Assembly: GCA_040880145.1 (NCBI GenBank)
Contig: JBBDIZ010000010.1
Span: 1-40,914, forward strand
Length of the DNA stretch: 40,914 nucleotides
Reading direction: 5' to 3'
From: Simkaniaceae bacterium
GTDB taxonomy: Bacteria > Chlamydiota > Chlamydiia > Chlamydiales > JAJFMI01
Shown here piece after piece: positions 18,799 through 27,339 of this stretch (within the stretch, counting starts at the first letter, position 1; the number at the start of each line of letters is the position of its first letter). The notes under the pieces were generated by a model, which did not search any database, was not told the DNA's origin, and saw only the letters and a list, made by a program, of their open reading frames with translations. The position numbers and the translations under genes were made by a program.

Positions 18799-19378
18799 TT
18801 TTTTCTCCATCTTTCGATGTGTGAATTGTAACAGCTTTTGATAATTCCCCTCTTATCCACTTCTCAATCAATTCAACTGTTTGATTCAGAAGCTCAGGCA
18901 AAAGCTTCATTTCTTCATCCAACAAACGGCTTAAAACATAGGAAGCTAAATCGCCATCAAACGAATCGCCAATTCCTATTCTAATACGCGCATACTCCTG
19001 TGTCGAAAGGGTCAATTCAACATTTTTCAACCCCTTCTGCCCTCCTGAACTTCCCATTTTCCGAAAACGAACATCTCCAAAGTCAAGGTCGATGTCATCT
19101 GAGATAACAAGAAGATTCTTTAAAGGAATCTTGTAAAAGTCAAGGAGGCGCAATGCCGCTTGTCCAGATAAATTCATATAAGTCGTTGGGCGCGCTAAAT
19201 AGAGCTTTTTTTCTTCAAAAGTCAGCTTTGCCACATGTGCTTTCCTCTTACTCTCTAAGACAAAAGCGGCTCCATGGCACTTTGCAAAAGCATCGACAGC
19301 CATGAATCCCATATTGTGGCGTGTTAAAGCGTACGTTTCCCCCGGGTTTCCAAGACCTAGGACAAGATAAGGCTCCAT
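18791..19378 (-). CDS. pth: peptidyl-tRNA hydrolase
   Basis: GLGNPG..Y..TRHNMGF, P.TYMNLSG, RIRIGI. Confidence 0.95.
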   Translation of the reverse strand: MEPYLVLGLGNPGETYALTRHNMGFMAVDAFAKCHGAAFVLESKRKAHVAKLTFEEKKLYLARPTTYMNLSGQAALRLLDFYKIPLKNLLVISDDIDLDFGDVRFRKMGSSGGQKGLKNVELTLSTQEYARIRIGIGDSFDGDLASYVLSRLLDEEMKLLPELLNQTVELIEKWIRGELSKAVTIHTSKDGEKNE

Positions 19379-19392
19379 TTAATGACCGCTCC

Positions 19393-19950
19393 TTAACGTT
19401 TCGCTATTGTGATAAGCACTTCTTTCTCTCCCACAAGAGGCTTTACCTCTGATGGAATAGAAAGATCCCTCACGCGGACCGTCCCTCCGATATTCAGCCC
19501 CTTGATATCGATATCAAAAGCACTTGGCATATCTTTCGGAAGACATCGAACGCGGACATGACGCTTCACGTCGCGCTTAAATCCACCGAGCTTAATTCCA
19601 ACTGAGTCGACAACATTGAGACATCGAATCGGAACATTCACATCGATTAGACGCGTTTCATCTAACCCCTGAAGGTCGACATGCTCAATCGCATAAGTCG
19701 TTGGATGATACTGAATCTCTCGTACGAGACAAGAGTATGACTTTCCCTCAATATCGAGTTCAATTCTCATTGTGGAAAGATGTCCCCTCTCAACGTTTTG
19801 AAGAATCTTACGGAAAGTAGATCCATCAAGAGCGATGAGCTGGTTTTCTTTTCCAGCGATATAAAAAACAGCTGGAACCTCTTTAGCTGCACGAAGACGT
19901 GTCAGCTCACTTTTTTTATTGCCCGCTCTTTTCGTAGCAGTCAGCTTCAT
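19393..19950 (-). CDS. rplY: 50S ribosomal protein L25/Ctc
   Basis: R....VPAVFY, EIQYHP....IEHVD; lies between prs and pth. Confidence 0.93.
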   Translation of the reverse strand: MKLTATKRAGNKKSELTRLRAAKEVPAVFYIAGKENQLIALDGSTFRKILQNVERGHLSTMRIELDIEGKSYSCLVREIQYHPTTYAIEHVDLQGLDETRLIDVNVPIRCLNVVDSVGIKLGGFKRDVKRHVRVRCLPKDMPSAFDIDIKGLNIGGTVRVRDLSIPSEVKPLVGEKEVLITIAKR

Positions 19951-19999
19951 TTTTTGTTCTCCAAACTAAGCCCAGAAAAAGAGATAGAGCGTATTTTGC

Positions 20000-20941
20000 T
20001 TATGTCCGATCAAGGCAAAGCGCCTGAATCGACTCACCTAGGACAATGGATTCAATAGCCCGTGCAAACAAGGGAGCGACCGAAATCGTCTCAATCTGAT
20101 TAAACCCTGCTTTCTCCCTTAAGGGAATCGTATCGGTTTTAACCAAAGTTTCAATGAAACTTTTCTTTGCACAATCCCCAACAAAAAGCCCGTGTGTGAT
20201 AGCCGCTAGAACTCTCTGAGCTCCTGCCTCTTTCACGACCCTTGATGCCTCTTTTAGGGTTACCGCTGTTGAACAGATATCATCGATTAGGATGACATTT
20301 CGCTTTTCGACATTACCGATCAAAAAGCGCATTTCAACATTTCCACCGCCTACTCGACGTTTTTCCACAATTCCGACATCCGCTCCCAGTCTAGATGCAA
20401 AAGCCCGCATGAGCTTTACGCTTCCAAGGTCTGGGGCTACGATAACAGGATTGTCTACCCTCTTAGCAAGAGAGTCGGCAAGAGTGGGAAAGCCGTAAAG
20501 ATTATCTACAGGAATATCAAAAAATCCCTGAATTTGTTCGCTGTGCAAATCCATAGTCAAAACACGTGTTGCACCCGCTGTTTCCAGCAGATTCGCCACA
20601 AGTTTTGCCGTAATTGGCACACGACCCTTGTCTTTACGATCTTGTCTGGCATACCCAAAATAAGGCATTACCGCAACAATCTCTCTTGCCGACGCCCGCT
20701 TGAGAGCGTCGATCATAATCAAAAGCTCCATAAGATAGAGGTTGGGATTAAGGGCCACAGACTGGACCAAAAAGACATCCCGACCACGGACATTCTCTAA
20801 AATTTGAACGCCTATCTCGTTATCTGGAAATTTTACTATCGAAGCCTCACCTAAGCCAATACCCAAATGATCCGCTATGGCTTTTGCAAACTCCGGGTGA
20901 GAAGTCCCCGAGAAAAGCATAAAGGATTTTTTTGAATTCAT
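20000..20941 (-). CDS. prs: ribose-phosphate pyrophosphokinase
   Basis: FPDNE, PYFGYARQDRK, DLHSEQIQGFF, PDLG, IDDICST; the ORF-track start 20986 falls inside the tRNA, so ATG 20941 is used. Confidence 0.95.
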   Translation of the reverse strand: MNSKKSFMLFSGTSHPEFAKAIADHLGIGLGEASIVKFPDNEIGVQILENVRGRDVFLVQSVALNPNLYLMELLIMIDALKRASAREIVAVMPYFGYARQDRKDKGRVPITAKLVANLLETAGATRVLTMDLHSEQIQGFFDIPVDNLYGFPTLADSLAKRVDNPVIVAPDLGSVKLMRAFASRLGADVGIVEKRRVGGGNVEMRFLIGNVEKRNVILIDDICSTAVTLKEASRVVKEAGAQRVLAAITHGLFVGDCAKKSFIETLVKTDTIPLREKAGFNQIETISVAPLFARAIESIVLGESIQALCLDRT

Positions 20942-20957
20942 AAAACCTGATGAAGAT

Positions 20958-21029
20958 TTGGGGCGGCAGGACTCGAACCTGCGCATGGCGGGATCAAAAC
21001 CCGCTGCCTTACCGCTTGGCTACGCCCCA
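20958..21029 (-). tRNA. tRNA-Gln (anticodon TTG)
   Basis: TGGGGCG/CGCCCCA acceptor stem (U1-A72), D-arm GCCAAGCGGTAAGGC, GCGGG-ttTTGat-CCCGC, GGTTCGAGTCC; CCA not encoded. Confidence 0.96.
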
Positions 21030-21044
21030 GCTTAAACAGAAGCA

Positions 21045-21073
21045 ATCATAGAAGGAAGGGAAATAAAACGCAA
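21045..21073 (-). promoter_or_regulatory. promoter of the tRNA-Gln-prs-rplY-pth-rpsF-rpsR-rplI-ispE unit
   Basis: TTGCGT-17 nt-TATGAT. Confidence 0.7.
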
Positions 21074-21180
21074 GAGCTCTCTTGTTTTCATCATCAAGAC
21101 AAAATATAATTTGACTCCTTTTGAAACTCGCTTTGATTGAGAAAATTAATGATTTTTGAGCAGATTTAACGACAAATTTT

Positions 21181-21226
21181 GAGAATATACCGAAACGACT
21201 TCAAGAATCGGTTTTGGGCAATTCTC
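21181..21226. repeat. degenerate TATACCG-type hairpin element
   Basis: GAGAAT-ata-CCGAAAC-GACTTcaaGAATC-g-GTTTTGG-gca-ATTCTC; contains TATACCGAAA as at 13327. Confidence 0.5.
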
Positions 21227-21244
21227 CCGGAGCCCGCAAGGCAC

Positions 21245-21298
21245 TTGACGAATTTATTTTTAGAGGTACTATAGTCGATTAAATCTTAAATGATAAAA
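21245..21298 (+). promoter_or_regulatory. glgA promoter plus copy 1 of the 24-bp repeat
   Basis: TTGACG-16 nt-TACTAT, then TCGATTAAATCTTAAATGATAAAA (21275-21298). Confidence 0.65.
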
Positions 21299-21311
21299 TA
21301 AAAGGTTGCTT

Positions 21312-22679
21312 GTGAAAATCATTCACGTTGCCTCTGAATTTAATCCCATTGCAAAGGTGGGAGGGCTTGGAGATGTTGTTCATGGCTTATCAAAAGAACT
21401 TGTTCAGCAAGGTCATGAGGTAGAGGTTATCCTCCCCAAATATGATATTCTAAACTTGCAGCCATTAAGGACCTTGGCAAAAAAAAGTTTCCTAGGCTTC
21501 TACACGGTTTGGCAAGCTGTTTTCGATCACGTTCCCCTCACGCTTCTCTCATTGGAGGATGAGGCGCAATCATTAAAAAGAGGACGGATTTACGGCGAGG
21601 CGGATGATGCAGCCCGCTTTCTCTTATTTTGTAAAGCTGCATCCGATTATGTCTCAAAAATAAAAACTTCTATTCTTCATTTACACGACTGGCACACTTC
21701 TGCCCTCGTATTAAAAAACCCAGGCGTAAAAAAGGTCTTAACGATTCATAATGCCAATTATCGCGGATGTACATCGCCGCAGCTTCTTCAAGATTTTGCA
21801 ACTTTTAATAGAGAAAAGTGGTCAGATCCTCTGTTGAAGGATTCGGTTTCCTTACTTCGCGGCGGAATTGAGTGTGCGGATTCTGTAACAACCGTCTCCC
21901 CAACTTATGCAAATGAAATTTGTGAACCAAAGGGTTCCTGTCTCTACCCTTACCTAAAAAAAGCAAAGTTAAAGGGCATCCTCAATGGTCTCGATATCGA
22001 TTATTGGAATCCCTATTCAGACCCTCATCTTGGTCAAACTTTTTCTAGTGATTTAGGGGAAAGCAAGAAAGCAAATCGCTTGATTCTTCAAAAGATGTAT
22101 CACATGGGAAGCTCTAAAGGTCCTCTTGTCGGCGTCATCTCAAGACTTGTCCCTCAGAAAGGTCTCCATCTAATCAAAGAGGCTCTTTTTGAAACCATCC
22201 GCCTTGGCGGTCAAGCGATTTTACTTGGCTCTTCACCCGATCCAAGTATTCAAGAGGCGTTTTTGAGTCTGGCTCGCACCTATAAAAAAGAGCCTAACTT
22301 GCATTTTGAGTTCGAATTCAACGAAAGTCTCGCTCACAAGATTTATGCTGCATCAGATCTCATTTTAGTCCCCTCTCTTTTTGAGCCTTGCGGGCTAACG
22401 CAAATGATCGCAATGCGCTACGGCGCCCTTCCGCTTGTTCGAGAAACGGGGGGGCTTAAGGATACTGTTTTTAATGGATCAAATGGGTTCACCTTCAAAG
22501 AGGCGGAAAAACAAGAAATCCAAAAAACCCTTCAGCATGCGTTTAAAATTTATCACGAAGAGAGTGAACAGTGGGCTCTGATGCGCGCTAAAGCTCACAA
22601 ATTTAAAAGAAGCTGGAATCAAGCTGCGAAAGAATATCTTAAAATTTACTCTGAGGTGCTGACACCCACGCCTTCTTGA
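21312..22679 (+). CDS. glgA: glycogen synthase
   Basis: E..PIAKVGGLGDV, HLHDWH, SRLVPQKG, PSLFEPCGLTQ; GTG 21312 with AAAGG SD (alternative TTG 21306). Confidence 0.96.
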   Translation: MKIIHVASEFNPIAKVGGLGDVVHGLSKELVQQGHEVEVILPKYDILNLQPLRTLAKKSFLGFYTVWQAVFDHVPLTLLSLEDEAQSLKRGRIYGEADDAARFLLFCKAASDYVSKIKTSILHLHDWHTSALVLKNPGVKKVLTIHNANYRGCTSPQLLQDFATFNREKWSDPLLKDSVSLLRGGIECADSVTTVSPTYANEICEPKGSCLYPYLKKAKLKGILNGLDIDYWNPYSDPHLGQTFSSDLGESKKANRLILQKMYHMGSSKGPLVGVISRLVPQKGLHLIKEALFETIRLGGQAILLGSSPDPSIQEAFLSLARTYKKEPNLHFEFEFNESLAHKIYAASDLILVPSLFEPCGLTQMIAMRYGALPLVRETGGLKDTVFNGSNGFTFKEAEKQEIQKTLQHAFKIYHEESEQWALMRAKAHKFKRSWNQAAKEYLKIYSEVLTPTPS

Positions 22680-23244
22680 TAAAGTGGCGATTGGCCATTA
22701 AGTACTCCACACCTGAAAAAAGCGTGTAAGCCGCGGTCACTGAAATCATATAAAAACTGATTAAACGCATCTCTTTCAAACTTAAAAAATCGAGGCTATA
22801 GAAAAAAATGGCAATGATAATGACAAATGCAGAAGCTCCTTGAATAACGGCTTTCACCTTGCCTGAAATACGGGCCGCAAGAGCCACCCCCCTAAGGGCG
22901 CAAAGCGTTCTTAGAGTGCTGATTACACTATCTCTATAGAAAAAAACAAGAACGAGCAAAAGAGGGAGTTGAACGATGCCTTGTGTAAACCCTAAGAGAA
23001 TAGAAAGACGCGCAATACTATCGCACATCGGATCCAAAACTTTTCCAAGCTCTGTGACTTCATTATAGCGTCTTGCAAAGAAACCGTCTAAAAAATCAGT
23101 CACTTCAGAAAGCGCTAAAAGGGAAATTAAAACCAAGCTCATCCCCACCATATTCAAACCCATTTTGTCATAATAGAGATAAAACAGGATGAATATCGGG
23201 CTGATAACAACCCGGGAAATTGTCAATATCAGTGCGATAGTCAT
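22639..23244 (-). CDS. pgsA: CDP-diacylglycerol--glycerol-3-phosphate 3-phosphatidyltransferase
   Basis: TDFLDGFFARR...T.LG..LDP.CD CDP-alcohol phosphotransferase motif. Confidence 0.92.
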   Translation of the reverse strand: MTIALILTISRVVISPIFILFYLYYDKMGLNMVGMSLVLISLLALSEVTDFLDGFFARRYNEVTELGKVLDPMCDSIARLSILLGFTQGIVQLPLLLVLVFFYRDSVISTLRTLCALRGVALAARISGKVKAVIQGASAFVIIIAIFFYSLDFLSLKEMRLISFYMISVTAAYTLFSGVEYLMANRHFIKKAWVSAPQSKF

Positions 23245-23252
23245 TGTCTTAA

Positions 23253-23281
23253 AGAATAAAGGATAGAGCGAATATCTTCAA
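23253..23281 (-). promoter_or_regulatory. pgsA promoter (leaderless geometry)
   Basis: TTGAAG-17 nt-TATTCT, 8 nt before ATG. Confidence 0.6.
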
Positions 23282-23287
23282 GTGGAT

Positions 23288-23344
23288 TTGACATTTGAAA
23301 AAGTTTCATGTAGTATACAATCGATTAAATCTTAAATGATAAAA
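23288..23344 (+). promoter_or_regulatory. promoter of the AstE/AspA-MFS operon plus copy 2 of the 24-bp repeat
   Basis: TTGACA-17 nt-TAGTAT, then TCGATTAAATCTTAAATGATAAAA (23321-23344). Confidence 0.7.
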
Positions 23345-24367
23345 ATGAAAAACGAACCTTTAAACATTGGAAACATTACAATTCAAGGAGGAGAGCGGAT
23401 TACTCTAGCTCTTCCAACCCCCGAACTCTATACCTGCGCCCCTCTTTACATTCCTGCACATATTATCCACGGTAAAAAAGCAGGTCCCACTCTGCTCATT
23501 TGCGGAGCCATCCATGGAGACGAAATCAACGGCGTTGCTATGATTCAGAAGCTTTTAAAGCTTCGCATGCTCGACAATTTAAAGGGAACCTTAATTGTGA
23601 TTCCGACTTTAAATATTTATGGAATGATGACCCTTTCAAGGAATCTTCCTGACCGTCGTGATTTAGAAGGAAGCTTTCCCGGCTCTGAAACGGGATCGTT
23701 CGCCTCACGACTTGCCTATTTTTTAACTGAGACCATTTTTTCTAAAATTACCCATTGCATTGATCTTCACACCGGCGAGCCTCACATTTCAAAATTCCCC
23801 CACACGAAAACTTTTTTCGAAAACGAAGATGCAAAAAACTTAGCCCATGCTTTTGGAGCTCCTGTCGTCATGGACACTCAATCTCATCAAGGCCTCCTAT
23901 GGCTCCTCCATCGAGCAGAAAAATCCATTCCAACCATCATTTATGAAGTCGGAGAAGCGCTTCGATTAGATGCCTCCGGAATTAAAATGGGAGTGCAAGG
24001 AATTTCAAGAGTCATGAAATATCTCGGAATGCTCACCTCTCCTATTAAAGGAAAAGCAACAAAGTCAGCTGTTGCACAATCAGATTATTGGGTTCGCGTC
24101 CCCTCTTCAGGGCTCTGCGAAACCTTTGTAAGAATCGGAGCTTTTGTAAAGAAAGGGACTAAAATCGCCCGCATCTTCGACCCCTTCGGCACAGAGCAAA
24201 AAGAAGAAATTTTTGCTCCAATTGATGGGATTATTACAGCAAAAAACAATCTTCCTATTTTGAACGAGGGTGAACCGATTTTTCAGATTATGGAAATTGC
24301 TTTCTCCCAGGTCGAGCAGGTTCAAAATTGGAAAACAGAAGAAAAGGAAGACTCCCTCCTTGAGTAA
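23336..24367 (+). CDS. succinylglutamate desuccinylase/aspartoacylase (M14-like) family protein
   Basis: HGDEING, IDLHTG, YEVGE, C-terminal barrel (GAFVKKG...APIDG); start 23336 or 23345. Confidence 0.9.
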   Translation: MIKMKNEPLNIGNITIQGGERITLALPTPELYTCAPLYIPAHIIHGKKAGPTLLICGAIHGDEINGVAMIQKLLKLRMLDNLKGTLIVIPTLNIYGMMTLSRNLPDRRDLEGSFPGSETGSFASRLAYFLTETIFSKITHCIDLHTGEPHISKFPHTKTFFENEDAKNLAHAFGAPVVMDTQSHQGLLWLLHRAEKSIPTIIYEVGEALRLDASGIKMGVQGISRVMKYLGMLTSPIKGKATKSAVAQSDYWVRVPSSGLCETFVRIGAFVKKGTKIARIFDPFGTEQKEEIFAPIDGIITAKNNLPILNEGEPIFQIMEIAFSQVEQVQNWKTEEKEDSLLE

Positions 24368-25631
24368 AAAAAGCTCAGTATCACTCTACTCAATCATGAT
24401 GTGGGGGATCGCCATCCTCTTTTTCTTTTATGAGTTTTTTCTTCGCGTCCTTCCTGCTACTTGCGCTCAAGACATTATCCAAAGCCTCTCTTTGTCCGTT
24501 GAACAGTTCTCATTAATCGGATCGGCCTATTATATCACCTACTCCTTTATGCAAATCCCTGTCGGACTGCTACTCGATAAATTCAATGCAAAGATATTGA
24601 TCACTCTTGCTTCTGCCGCCTGCACTTTTGGAGCCCTATGGTTTACTTTTGCACAAAGTTTCGCCCCCGCCTTTATCAGTCGATTATTCATCGGTTTAGG
24701 TTCCGCATTTGGCTTTGTCGCCCTAATGATCGTAACCCTAAACTGGTTTCCAAGAAAATACTTTGCGTTTTTAGTTGGGTGTGGTCAGAGCCTCGGTGCT
24801 ATTGGCCCTCTGATTGCAGGAGCCCCCATCGCCCTTTTACTAAAAGCGGTCAACAATAATTGGCGCCTTATTTTTCTTGGCGTGGCCCTCTTTGGAGTGA
24901 GCCTCACTCTTTTAATCGCCCTTTTCTTTAAAGGGAAACCTTCAACTCGTGATAAAATCATTTTTGTCGATGAACAAGAATCGTTGGGAAAAAGAGCCAA
25001 AACTCTCCTGAGTCGTCCTCAAGTTTGGATGACTATGATCTACGGCAGCACCGCCTACGTCTCACTCCCGCTTCTTGGCGCTTTTTGGGGAACCTCATAC
25101 CTTCAAGCGAAAGGCTTTTCAAATACAGTTGCAGCTTTAATGATATCCATGATTTGGGTAGGCTTAGCGACCGCAAGCCCTCTATTTGGGAATATTTCAG
25201 ACCGAATGAAAAGACGTAAACCCATGCTCGTTCTTTCAAGTATACTTGGGATCATGAGTACGAGTTTAATCATATTGGCCCCTATAGATCACCCCTATTT
25301 CTTAGGAGTCCTATTCTTTTTTGTGGGAATGGGAGGAGCAGGACAAAATCTATCCTTTGCCATTATGACTGAGCAAGCGCCCGAGGAGCTTCGAGCGACG
25401 GCACTCGGACTAAACAACACAGCGATCATGGGGTTTGCAGCCTTGCTCCCCCTCTTTGTGACCTCTATTATTCAATCATTTGCAGTCGACGGCATACTCT
25501 CTGAAAAAGCCTTTGAAATGGGCCTGATTGTGCTGCCTGTTACTTTCTTGCTCAGCCTCATAATCGCTCTTTTTGCTCTCAAAGAAACCTTCTGCCGAAG
25601 ACAGAATACCATCCACAAAATCGAAGCTTAA
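24360..25631 (+). CDS. MFS transporter, Pht-like/amino-acid uptake type
   Basis: FFFYEFFLRVLP, MQIPVGLLLDKF, FGNISDRMKRRK; TTG 24360 with AAGGAAG SD overlaps the upstream stop (ORF-track start 24270 is too long). Confidence 0.85.
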   Translation: MSKKSSVSLYSIMMWGIAILFFFYEFFLRVLPATCAQDIIQSLSLSVEQFSLIGSAYYITYSFMQIPVGLLLDKFNAKILITLASAACTFGALWFTFAQSFAPAFISRLFIGLGSAFGFVALMIVTLNWFPRKYFAFLVGCGQSLGAIGPLIAGAPIALLLKAVNNNWRLIFLGVALFGVSLTLLIALFFKGKPSTRDKIIFVDEQESLGKRAKTLLSRPQVWMTMIYGSTAYVSLPLLGAFWGTSYLQAKGFSNTVAALMISMIWVGLATASPLFGNISDRMKRRKPMLVLSSILGIMSTSLIILAPIDHPYFLGVLFFFVGMGGAGQNLSFAIMTEQAPEELRATALGLNNTAIMGFAALLPLFVTSIIQSFAVDGILSEKAFEMGLIVLPVTFLLSLIIALFALKETFCRRQNTIHKIEA

Positions 25632-26410
25632 AACTCAATGAGCTCACCTGAAATCTGCTCTTTTTGCTCTTTGTAAAAAGCTTCTATTTTATTAGCAAAA
25701 AAATCTTCATAAGAATTGATCAAACTAATTACTCGACCTTTTAGAAGACTTCCCTCTTTATCATCAAAGTTTAAGCCATCGATTTCTTTCAAACACGCTT
25801 TTTTTACTTGAGCGACCTTTGATTTATAAGCAATAGCCTCCTCTCGAAGAGTCAGAAAAAGAGCTGTATCTTCTTGAGTTTCGAATATGCGCAGCCCCAA
25901 ATAAGTATCTTCAACCAGCATCTCCCCTAATCTTATCTTCTCTAGAGGAATCTTTTCCGAAATACAATCATCCGTGATTTGTATAATTTTTGCCGGCATT
26001 CTGTAGACATCGTTTTCATTTTTTATTTTATCCACCAACTCTTGTCTAAAAGCTTCCAGAACTTTTTCAGAAGAGGGGGTTAACCATAAATCCATACTCA
26101 TTGCGCCTGAAGCGGATGCGATAACACCAAGGACAAGTAAAATCATAATACCAGTGATAGGAGTTAGAAAATTCATTATCAGTAACGGAATAATAATACC
26201 AAATGTCACCGCAAGAATCGATACAAGTATAGTTGTGGATAGAGCAAACCCAAGATCTCTATCAAAAACTGTGGACCCTGCTTTTTCACTCACTAATTGA
26301 GGAAGCGCACCTTTAAAAGCCTCTTCGCTTTCTTTAAAATGATGACACCACCCTGATTCAAAACCTTTGATATCGCTTTGATCCCAATCTAAGCTACGAA
26401 TTAAATCCAT
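25628..26410 (-). CDS. Inc-like protein (bilobed hydrophobic domain plus helical tail)
   Basis: About 50 aa hydrophobic LGFALSTT...IASASG; ATG 26410 with AGGTGG SD; AT-rich. Confidence 0.7.
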   Translation of the reverse strand: MDLIRSLDWDQSDIKGFESGWCHHFKESEEAFKGALPQLVSEKAGSTVFDRDLGFALSTTILVSILAVTFGIIIPLLIMNFLTPITGIMILLVLGVIASASGAMSMDLWLTPSSEKVLEAFRQELVDKIKNENDVYRMPAKIIQITDDCISEKIPLEKIRLGEMLVEDTYLGLRIFETQEDTALFLTLREEAIAYKSKVAQVKKACLKEIDGLNFDDKEGSLLKGRVISLINSYEDFFANKIEAFYKEQKEQISGELIEF

Positions 26411-26500
26411 ATAACCACCTAAAGTTTGTTTATAATACTTTAACAAATTTGCAATATAATAACAACTACCAATAAATGGCTTAACAAATTAAATATTTTT

Positions 26501-27286
26501 TTATTTTCTTTTCCAAATAGCGGTCTTGATCGATTTCATCCACCATTTAAAAAATTGAATATGATTTTGAGCGACCCACCAATAAAGTGATTTACCGAAT
26601 CCATAGTGGTTGTAAATAATTTTTAACCTTTCTACGGATTCCTCTAAAGCCTCATGAGGAGAAAACTTACGAATTTCATAATCGGTAATCACGCGACGAA
26701 TGGATTTCACCTGTACACTTCTGTGAGTGGATAGGCGGCATAGAAAGTCAAAATTTCCCTGGAGGGGATAGGAGGTCGAAAAATGTCCCATTTTTTGAAA
26801 CAATTCACGCTTAAAGAGATAGGGCAGCAAACTCATATGTAAGTTGGTTGACTCCAACCCCTCTTTTGTCAGTTTATAAAAAATGACCTTTGGGTGATCG
26901 ATAAGATCTCGGAAAATGAAACCCGAAGACAGGATATCCGGATAATCAGCTCCTTCGATTTCATTACTAATCAGACTATAGACAAGCTCTGAATTATAGA
27001 ACTCTCCCGGCATAAAAAATTGGATATAAGATCCTTTTGAAAGCTTTAACGCCTTATTCATCATAGCAAATGGATTTTCATTGAGCGCTGAATAAATCCT
27101 TGAGATAAAGGGATACTCTTTTTGAATCGACTGAGGAATGGGGTTGGAGCTTTTTTCAATGATAATGACTTCAAAGAGGGGGCCTTTCTGCATTCCGATG
27201 CTTGCAAGTGTTTTTTTTAAAAGGTGGTATTGGCTATTTTCAGCAATCAATAAGGCCGAGAAAGTCGGCAACTCTTTAGTCTCCAT
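26501..27286 (-). CDS. GT2 (WcaE-like) glycosyltransferase, divergent
   Basis: EVIIIE, AMMNKAL..SKGSYIQF, FKRELF.KMG.F...Y....DF..RL. Confidence 0.75.
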   Translation of the reverse strand: METKELPTFSALLIAENSQYHLLKKTLASIGMQKGPLFEVIIIEKSSNPIPQSIQKEYPFISRIYSALNENPFAMMNKALKLSKGSYIQFFMPGEFYNSELVYSLISNEIEGADYPDILSSGFIFRDLIDHPKVIFYKLTKEGLESTNLHMSLLPYLFKRELFQKMGHFSTSYPLQGNFDFLCRLSTHRSVQVKSIRRVITDYEIRKFSPHEALEESVERLKIIYNHYGFGKSLYWWVAQNHIQFFKWWMKSIKTAIWKRK

Positions 27287-27292
27287 TAATTC

Positions 27293-27331
27293 AAGATATC
27301 AATAGCTTATTTTTTTAGGAACTGCTAGAAT
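27293..27331. promoter_or_regulatory. overlapping divergent promoters for GT2 and glyQS
   Basis: Minus: TTCCTA-17-TATCTT-6-ATG; plus: TAGCTT-17-TAGAAT-8-ATG; both have TG extended -10. Confidence 0.55.
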
Positions 27332-27339
27332 CGATTCAC

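Noticed and set aside
20942..20986. ORF-track N-terminal extension of prs
   Set aside because: Overlaps the tRNA-Gln gene; ATG 20941 is the plausible start
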